DNA of 13,221 bases from Candidatus Eiseniibacteriota bacterium (GTDB lineage: Bacteria > ARS69). The stretch lies in the NCBI GenBank assembly GCA_052390515.1, contig JBQTGV010000051.1, forward strand, positions 1 to 13,221. The letters run 5' to 3'. The notes beneath the pieces were generated by a model. It had not been told where the DNA came from. It did not search any database and saw only the letters and a program-made list of their open reading frames with translations. Shown piece after piece: positions 1 to 5,997 of the stretch. The translations under genes and the position numbers were made by a program. How positions within the stretch are numbered: the stretch's first letter is position 1; each line of letters starts with the position of its first letter.

Positions 1-2
1 CC

Positions 3-1433
3 CTGCCGCCACCGGCCACGGCGAAGAACGTCATCTCGGTGGGCGCGCACCAGTCCGACGTCGGCCACATGACGACGTTCTCCTCCTGGGGTCCGACGGA
101 CGACGGGCGGATGAAGCCCGACATCTCCGCTCCGGGTTGCCAGCAGGGCGGCGACTTCGGGATCACGTCGACGTCGCTCGCCGGAGGCTACCTGTCCATG
201 TGCGGGACGAGCCAGGCCGCTCCGGTCATCGCCGGGTCCATCGCCGCGCTGCTCTCCGAGTGGCGCTCACGGTTCGCCGGAGAGCCGCGCCCGGCGACGT
301 ACAAGGCCCTGCTCGGATGCTTCGCCGAGGATCGAGCGAACGCCGGACCGGACTACCGCTTCGGTCTGGGCGCGGTGAACCTGCTCGCGTCGGTGAACGA
401 GCTGCGAACCGCGACGACGGTCGAAGCCGCCATCGACGACGGATTCACGGACACGTACGTCTTCCACGTTCCGGCGGGGGCGGGGGACACGCTGATCGTG
501 ACGCTCGCGTGGGACGATCCCGCCGCGGCCGAGCTCGCCAGCGTGACGCTCGTGAACGACCTGGATCTGGAGCTGGTCGCGCCGACTGCGGGGACGTTCC
601 AGGCGTACGTGCTGGACCCCGCGCAGCCGGACAGCCTGGCCGTGCGCGGGCGGAACGCGCGCGACAACCTCGAGCAGGTTCGCGTCATCGGTCCCGAGGC
701 GGGGGAGTGGACCGCGCGTGTCATCGCCTGGAACGTGCCGGCCGGTCCGCAGGAGTACTCGCTCGTGGGCTTGGACACCGCGCCGCCGGCCGATCCCGCC
801 GCGGTGGCGGCCACCGCGGTGAGCGACACGACGGTGCTGGTCGCCTGGATCCGTCCCGGCGACGCGGACCGGGCGGGGACGCTGGTGGTGCGGTCGACGG
901 ATCCGGTCACCTGGCTTCCGGAAGACGGCGTCTCCTACGTCGTCGGCGCGGAACCGTCGGCCGGCGTCTTCGTGGTCGCCGCCGACGACGTGGATCATCA
1001 GAGCACGGCGCTGGTCGACGAGCCGCTCGCCCCGGGAACGCTGCACCACTACGCGCTGTTCGCCTACGACGAGGTGCCGAACTACTCGCCCGGGCTGGCC
1101 GACACCGCGCAGACGTCGGCCGACGCGGTGGACGCGCCCCTGATCGCGGCCGCGGACGCGGCGCCGCGCTTCTTCCGGGAGGGCTCTCACCCTTCGCGCG
1201 GAGCGGCGACGCTCCGCTTCGAGCTGCCGGGAACGCGGCGGATCTCGGTCGACGTGTACGACGCCAGCGGACGCCATGTCGTCACGCTGCTTCGCGGCGA
1301 GCGAGCGGCGGGTTCGCACCGCGTGGAATGGAGCGGGCGAACCGACTACGGCGTCGCGCCGGCCGGCGTCTACTTCGTGCGCTTCCGGACCGAGGGGCTC
1401 ACCGCGACCGAGAAGATCGTCCGCGTCCGCTGA
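3..1433 (+). CDS. Secreted S8 (subtilisin-family) serine peptidase, 5'-truncated by the window: end of catalytic domain + beta-barrel/P-like domain + FN3-like domain + C-terminal FlgD-Ig/T9SS-CTD-like domain
   Basis: Frame is open from base 3 (LPPPATAKNVISVGA). S8 motifs: FSSWGPTDDGRMKPDISAPG and catalytic-Ser motif GTSQAAP (204-224). VTLAWDDP...LVNDLDL...DNLEQV resembles the KP-43-type C-terminal domain. Tail is VYDASGRHVVTL...HRVEWSG...AGVYFVR...KIVRVR. Stop TGA 1431-1433. Confidence 0.92.
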   Translation: MPPPATAKNVISVGAHQSDVGHMTTFSSWGPTDDGRMKPDISAPGCQQGGDFGITSTSLAGGYLSMCGTSQAAPVIAGSIAALLSEWRSRFAGEPRPATYKALLGCFAEDRANAGPDYRFGLGAVNLLASVNELRTATTVEAAIDDGFTDTYVFHVPAGAGDTLIVTLAWDDPAAAELASVTLVNDLDLELVAPTAGTFQAYVLDPAQPDSLAVRGRNARDNLEQVRVIGPEAGEWTARVIAWNVPAGPQEYSLVGLDTAPPADPAAVAATAVSDTTVLVAWIRPGDADRAGTLVVRSTDPVTWLPEDGVSYVVGAEPSAGVFVVAADDVDHQSTALVDEPLAPGTLHHYALFAYDEVPNYSPGLADTAQTSADAVDAPLIAAADAAPRFFREGSHPSRGAATLRFELPGTRRISVDVYDASGRHVVTLLRGERAAGSHRVEWSGRTDYGVAPAGVYFVRFRTEGLTATEKIVRVR

Positions 1434-1434
1434 C

Positions 1435-1464
1435 TTGACAACGGCCGGGGCGCGCCTCGATGCT
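1435..1464 (+). promoter_or_regulatory. Putative sigma70-type promoter for the aminotransferase operon
   Basis: Perfect TTGACA at 1435-1440, 18-bp spacer, weak -10 GATGCT at 1459-1464. Followed by GGAGG (1477-1481) and TTG at 1489. Confidence 0.45.
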
Positions 1465-1488
1465 CCGTCCCCGCGCGGAGGACGCCGC

Positions 1489-2670
1489 TTGAGCCTCGTC
1501 TCGTCGAAGTCGCGCCGTTTCACCGAGTCGGTCATCCGCGAGATGACCCGCCTGGCGAACCGTCACGGGGCCGTCAACCTCGCCCAGGGATTCCCCGACT
1601 TCGAGGCACCGCCCGAGGTCAAGGAGGCGGCCTGCCGGGCGATCCGCGCCGACGTGAACCAGTACGCCGTCACCTGGGGCGCCAGGTCCCTGCGCGAGGC
1701 CATCTGCGAGAAGGCGCAGGCGCACAACGGCCTCGCCGCCGACCCGGAGCGGAACGTGACGGTGTGCTGCGGCGCGACGGAGGCGATGCTGGCCACGCTG
1801 CTCGCCATCGTCGACCCGGGCGACGAGGTGATCGTCTTCGAGCCGTTCTACGAGAACTATGGTCCGGATGCCGTGCTCTGCGGCGCGGTCCCGAAGTTCG
1901 TGCGCCTCTCCGAGCCGGACTGGGCCTTCGACGAGCGCGAGCTGCGTGCCGCGTTCGGGCCGCGCACCAAGGCCGTGATCGTGAACACGCCGAACAATCC
2001 GACGGGCAAGGTCTTCTCCCGCGGGGAGCTGGAGTGCATCGCGCGGCTGTGCGCAGAGCGCGGCGTCGTGGCCGTCACCGACGAGATCTACGAGCACGTC
2101 CTGTACGACGGCGAGCGTCACGTGACGCTGGCCACGATTCCCGGCATGGAGGAGCTCTCCGTCACCATCAACGCGCTCTCCAAGACGTACAGCGTCACGG
2201 GATGGAGGGTGGGGTGGGCGATCGCGTGCGACGAGCTGACCTCGGCCATCCGCAAGGTGCACGACTTCTGCACGGTGGGCGCGCCCGCGCCGCTCCAGGA
2301 GGCCGGAGCGGTGGCACTTCGTCTGCCCGCGACGTACTACGAGAACCTGGCCACCTCGTACCGGGCGAAGCGTGACAAGCTGTGCGAGGCGCTCGCCGCC
2401 ACGGGATTCGGGGTCTTCCGCCCGCGCGGCGCCTATTACGTGATGACCGACATCTCCGCCTTCGGGTTCGAGGACGACTCCACGTTCGCCAGAGATCTCG
2501 TGGAGCGCGTCGGCGTCGCCACTGTCCCGGGGTCGAGCTTCTACACGGATCCCGCCTCGGGGCGGCATCGCCTCCGCTTCAACTTCTGCAAGCGGGACGA
2601 GACGCTGGACGAGGCGATCCGCCGCCTGGCGCGGCTCGCGGAGCGCCTGCCCGGGCACGCGCGAGGTTGA
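1489..2670 (+). CDS. PLP-dependent class I/II aminotransferase (YbdL/DapC/kynurenine-aminotransferase-like)
   Basis: Motifs AVNLAQGFPDF, PGDEVIVFEPFYENY, NTPNNPTGKV, DEIYE, PLP-lysine motif SKTYSVTGWRVGW and RFNFCK. Start placed at TTG 1489, 7 nt after GGAGG; the ORF-track start at 1276 overlaps the peptidase. Confidence 0.95.
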   Translation: MSLVSSKSRRFTESVIREMTRLANRHGAVNLAQGFPDFEAPPEVKEAACRAIRADVNQYAVTWGARSLREAICEKAQAHNGLAADPERNVTVCCGATEAMLATLLAIVDPGDEVIVFEPFYENYGPDAVLCGAVPKFVRLSEPDWAFDERELRAAFGPRTKAVIVNTPNNPTGKVFSRGELECIARLCAERGVVAVTDEIYEHVLYDGERHVTLATIPGMEELSVTINALSKTYSVTGWRVGWAIACDELTSAIRKVHDFCTVGAPAPLQEAGAVALRLPATYYENLATSYRAKRDKLCEALAATGFGVFRPRGAYYVMTDISAFGFEDDSTFARDLVERVGVATVPGSSFYTDPASGRHRLRFNFCKRDETLDEAIRRLARLAERLPGHARG

Positions 2671-4346
2671 GCGGCGCGGGACGCCGGGCGGCGGCGGCCG
2701 CGCTCCTCGGGGTGCTGGCCTGCTCCGGAACGCTCGGCGCCGGCTGGGTCTACGACGACTGGACGTACGTCGCCGGCAACGGTGACCTCTCCGGCGACCT
2801 GTCCCGGATCCCGCGGCTCTTCGCGGTGAGCTTCCCGTCGAACGCGCCGGAGCGAGGGCTCTACCGCCCGCTGACCGCCGCGACCTACGCCCTCGAACGA
2901 GGGGGCGGGCCGGCCGATCCGGTCCGCTCGCACGTCGTCAACCTGCTGCTCGCCGCGGCCGCGACGATGGCCGCGCACGCGGTGCTGCGTCGTCTCGTCG
3001 ATCCGGCGGCGGCGCTGGCCGGCACGTTCCTCTTCGCCGTGCATCCCGTGCACGTGGAGGCCGTGGCGTGGGTCACCGGGCGATCCGAGCTGCTCGCCGG
3101 GCTCTTCGCCCTGGCCTCGGTGGCCTGGGGTCTGGACGTGCTGCGCGGCGGCGGGGTGCTCCGCGCGGCGGGGGCGGGCGCATGCGCTCTGCTCGGCCTG
3201 CTCTCCAAGGAGAGCGCGGCGGTGGCGCTGCCGCTGCTCGGTGCGGCCGCGGCGCTCGCGCCGTCCGTCCGCCTCGACCGCCTGCCGCTGGCGCTCGGTT
3301 CGGTGGCGGGCGGGACGCTCGCCGGGCTCGCGCTGCGCACAGCGGCGCTCGGCGCCTTCGCCCCGGCGGCGGGGGAGCGCGTGGGAGCAGCGGACCTCCC
3401 GGGCCGGCTCCCGCTCATCGTTGCCGCGGCCGGCGAGCACCTCCGCCTGCTCGCGTGGCCGTGGCCGCTCACCGTGGAACGCATGCCCGAACCGCCGGCC
3501 GCCTGGAGCGACGCCGTGGTGGTGTCCGGACTCGCCGTGCTGCTCGCCGGTTCGGTGCTGGCCTTCGCGCTGCGCCGGCGAAGGAGCGCACTGCTGCTGG
3601 TGTGCTGGGCGCCGGTCGCGCTGCTTCCGGTGCTGCACCTCGTTCCCATCGGGGAGACCGTGGCCGAGCGTTTCCTGTTCCTGCCGTCCCTGGGCGCGTG
3701 CGGCGTGGCGGGCGTCGCGCTCGCGTCACCGGGCCGAGGGCGCGCTCTCCGCCGGGGCGTGCTCGTCGCGCTGGTGGCGCTCGGCTGGGCGCTCTCCTTC
3801 GCACGAGCCGGAGCGTGGCGGAGCGAGACGGCGCTGTGGACCGATGCGACGCGCCGGGTTCCCGAATCGGCCGGCGTATGGGCCGGCCTCGCCGACGCAA
3901 CCGCGCACGCCGGCCGACCCGGCGACGCCATTCCGCACTACCGCGCCGCGCTTCGCCGGGACCCGGGGTTGACCGTGGCCCGCCTAGGTCTGGCGCAGGC
4001 GCTGGAGGAGACCGGGCGGACGGAGGAGGCGTTGGCGGAAACGGAGAGGGCCGTCCTGGCCGATCCCGGGCACGCGCCGGCGCTCAACAACCTCGGGGTG
4101 CGTCTGGCGCGGGTGGGGCGGGGCGAGGAGGCGCGGGAAATGTTCCGGCGTGCCGTCGAGGCGGCCCCGACCTACGCGCCGGCGCTGCGCAACGCGGCGC
4201 TCGCCGCGTGGGAGATCGGTCGTGAGGACGAGGCCGCGGAGCTGCTCGCCCGGGCGAAGACCGCGGATCCCGCGCTCCCCGACCTCGCCGAGCTGGAGGC
4301 CAACCTGCAGGCGCGCTCTTTCCGCGCGCCGCCGGCCGACCGATAA
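2667..4346 (+). CDS. TMTC-like multi-pass membrane glycosyltransferase (GT-C fold, putative protein O-mannosyltransferase) with C-terminal TPR repeats
   Basis: First-loop WVYDD, then YRPL, HVVNLLL, LFAVHPVHVEAVAWVTGRSELL, LLSKE, AERFLFLP and WRSETALW. Many hydrophobic helices, then about 4 TPR-like units (AIPHYRAALRRDP, ALNNLGVRL, FRRAVEAAP). TTG start overlaps the upstream TGA (TTGA, 2667-2670). Confidence 0.85.
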   Translation: MSGAGRRAAAAALLGVLACSGTLGAGWVYDDWTYVAGNGDLSGDLSRIPRLFAVSFPSNAPERGLYRPLTAATYALERGGGPADPVRSHVVNLLLAAAATMAAHAVLRRLVDPAAALAGTFLFAVHPVHVEAVAWVTGRSELLAGLFALASVAWGLDVLRGGGVLRAAGAGACALLGLLSKESAAVALPLLGAAAALAPSVRLDRLPLALGSVAGGTLAGLALRTAALGAFAPAAGERVGAADLPGRLPLIVAAAGEHLRLLAWPWPLTVERMPEPPAAWSDAVVVSGLAVLLAGSVLAFALRRRRSALLLVCWAPVALLPVLHLVPIGETVAERFLFLPSLGACGVAGVALASPGRGRALRRGVLVALVALGWALSFARAGAWRSETALWTDATRRVPESAGVWAGLADATAHAGRPGDAIPHYRAALRRDPGLTVARLGLAQALEETGRTEEALAETERAVLADPGHAPALNNLGVRLARVGRGEEAREMFRRAVEAAPTYAPALRNAALAAWEIGREDEAAELLARAKTADPALPDLAELEANLQARSFRAPPADR

Positions 4347-4347
4347 T
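4319..4347 (+). promoter_or_regulatory. Possible internal promoter giving a leaderless xdhC transcript
   Basis: TTTCCG (4319-4324), N17, GATAAT (4342-4347). ATG follows 6 nt later at 4354 with no strong SD. Confidence 0.3.
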
Positions 4348-4353
4348 GGACGC

Positions 4354-5220
4354 ATGAAGGACTTCCACGAGCGGCTGGGATCCTACCTGCGCGAGGGGCG
4401 CCCGTTCGTGGTGGCGACGATCGTGGCCGCGCGGGGATCCACGCCGCGCAAGACCGGGACTCGCATGATCGTCCACGAGGACGGGGCGATCGACTTCACG
4501 CTGGGCGGCGGTCCGTTCGAGGCGCTGGTCATCGAGGACGCGAAGGAGACGCTGCGCACCGGCGAGCCGTGCATCAAGGCCTACCGCTTCCTTCCGGCCG
4601 GCGAGAACGCCACCGGGATGACCTGCGGCGGAGAAGTGGAGGTGTTCCTGGAGGCGCACCGGCGCGCGGCGCGGGTCCTCGTCTTCGGCGGCGGCCACGT
4701 GGCGCTGCCGCTGGCGAAGCTCGCCCGGACGGTGGGCTTCCGGGTGACGGTGGTGGACGACCGCGAGGAGTTCGCCACGAGAGAGCGCTTCCCGGATGCG
4801 GACGAGGTGATCCTCGCCGAGGGCGGGTACGTGCGCCGCGACGTCCCCGTGGAGACCGACGACTACATCGTGATCGTGACCCGCTGCCACCAGACGGACG
4901 AAGTCTGCCTTCGCCGCGTGCTCCAGGACGACCGCGTGCCGGCCTACGTCGGCGTCGTGGCGTCACGGCGCAAGGCGCGCGTGCTGTTCGCCCGCCTGCT
5001 GCAGGACGGCTGCTCCCGGGAGCGCCTCGAGCAGGTCCGTTCGCCGATCGGCCTGGACATCGGTGCGGAGACCACCGAGGAGATCGCCGTGTCCATCATC
5101 GGCGAGATCGTCGCGTGCCGGAACCGGCGGGACGGGAGATCCCTCTCGGAGGAGAGCTCCGTTCCCGCGAACGTCACCGTGAAGCGCGTGCCCAGGGCCG
5201 AGAAGGTCGTCCCGAGGTAG
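4354..5220 (+). CDS. xdhC: XdhC/CoxI-family molybdenum-cofactor insertion accessory protein
   Basis: Motifs VVATIVAARGSTPRKTGTRMIV, TLGGG, GMTCGGEVEVFLE, VFGGGHVA, VVDDREEFA..ERFP, TRCHQTD, YVGVVASRRK and SPIGLDIGAETTEEIAVSI. ATG 4354, TAG 5218-5220. Confidence 0.93.
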   Translation: MKDFHERLGSYLREGRPFVVATIVAARGSTPRKTGTRMIVHEDGAIDFTLGGGPFEALVIEDAKETLRTGEPCIKAYRFLPAGENATGMTCGGEVEVFLEAHRRAARVLVFGGGHVALPLAKLARTVGFRVTVVDDREEFATRERFPDADEVILAEGGYVRRDVPVETDDYIVIVTRCHQTDEVCLRRVLQDDRVPAYVGVVASRRKARVLFARLLQDGCSRERLEQVRSPIGLDIGAETTEEIAVSIIGEIVACRNRRDGRSLSEESSVPANVTVKRVPRAEKVVPR

Positions 5221-5223
5221 CGC

Positions 5224-5799
5224 TCACTCGGAGGCGCCGGCGCTCTCCGCGTCGGTGCGCGGCACGACCGTGTGCGGCGCGGCGGGCTCGCCGTTGTACG
5301 CGGCGGGGTACGCGGCGAACCCGCTCTCCGTGGTGAGGTCGCAGCGCAGGATCGCGGCCTCTCCTCGCTCGGAGGCGGAGACGTCCAGCGCGACCCGTCC
5401 CCCGGGCCGATCGGGCTTGACCAGCATCTTCCCGAAGCAGAGCGGAGCGGACGGGCACGGGTCGCCCGCGCGCGCCTGTCCGACCGTGCCGGGATACGGG
5501 TTGACCAGCGGAAGGGGGATCCACGGACGCTCGGTATCGAGCACGTAGCCGATGAGCTGGCCGCCCTCGATGGAGACGCCGAACTCCCCGCCGGCGATCA
5601 TCTCGCCGTCGTCCACGAAGAGGAAGAACTCCAAGTATTCCCTGGCGTCGCTCGCGCCGGTCTGCACGTTCGGGTCCGTCCGGGAGAGGCTCACCTTCAC
5701 CGAGAACCCGGAAACCTCGGGGGCCGGTGAGGAGGCTTCCTGGGCGCCGGCGGCGACCGCGATCCAGGGGGCCAGCAGGGCGAGCACGGCGACTCTCAT
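5224..5799 (-). CDS. Hypothetical secreted protein, 191 aa, beta-strand rich (possibly a cohesin-like sandwich)
   Basis: AGGAG SD upstream of ATG. Sec signal peptide MRVAVLALLAPWIAVAAGA|QE. Normal amino-acid composition, unlike the overlapping Arg/Pro-rich shadow ORFs. Confidence 0.8.
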   Translation of the reverse strand: MRVAVLALLAPWIAVAAGAQEASSPAPEVSGFSVKVSLSRTDPNVQTGASDAREYLEFFLFVDDGEMIAGGEFGVSIEGGQLIGYVLDTERPWIPLPLVNPYPGTVGQARAGDPCPSAPLCFGKMLVKPDRPGGRVALDVSASERGEAAILRCDLTTESGFAAYPAAYNGEPAAPHTVVPRTDAESAGASE

Positions 5800-5899
5800 G
5801 GACGGTCTCCTCAGGGTGGATCCGCGGGCGGGAAGTGTACCTCAGGTTCCGCGCGGCGGCGACGTGGGCGGTGACGCCTGATACCCGGCCGGTCCCGCC

Positions 5900-5950
5900 C
5901 CGGTTCCGAGGATTGCGGGGGGGCGGCGATCCCGGTATCCTCGGGACCGG
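5900..5950. repeat. Imperfect 20-bp inverted repeat with 11-nt spacer in a divergent intergenic region
   Basis: ccggttccgaggattgcggg (5900-5919) versus the reverse complement of 5931-5950 (ccggtcccgaggataccggg): 17/20 identical. Confidence 0.75.
5913..5941 (+). promoter_or_regulatory. Putative sigma70-type promoter for the FG-GAP gene
   Basis: TTGCGG (5913-5918), N17, TATCCT (5936-5941), about 55 nt upstream of GTG 5998. Confidence 0.45.
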
Positions 5951-5997
5951 TCGGTCCGCCGGGACCCTGGAACCTCTTCCCTGAACCGAGCAGCCTC

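Noticed and set aside
2382..2666. Upstream ORF-track extension of the TMTC-like gene (likewise 1276-1488 and 4150-4353 for its neighbours)
   Set aside because: These overlap upstream genes and translate to Arg-rich low-information sequence. Downstream starts have SD motifs or coupling and match family N-termini.
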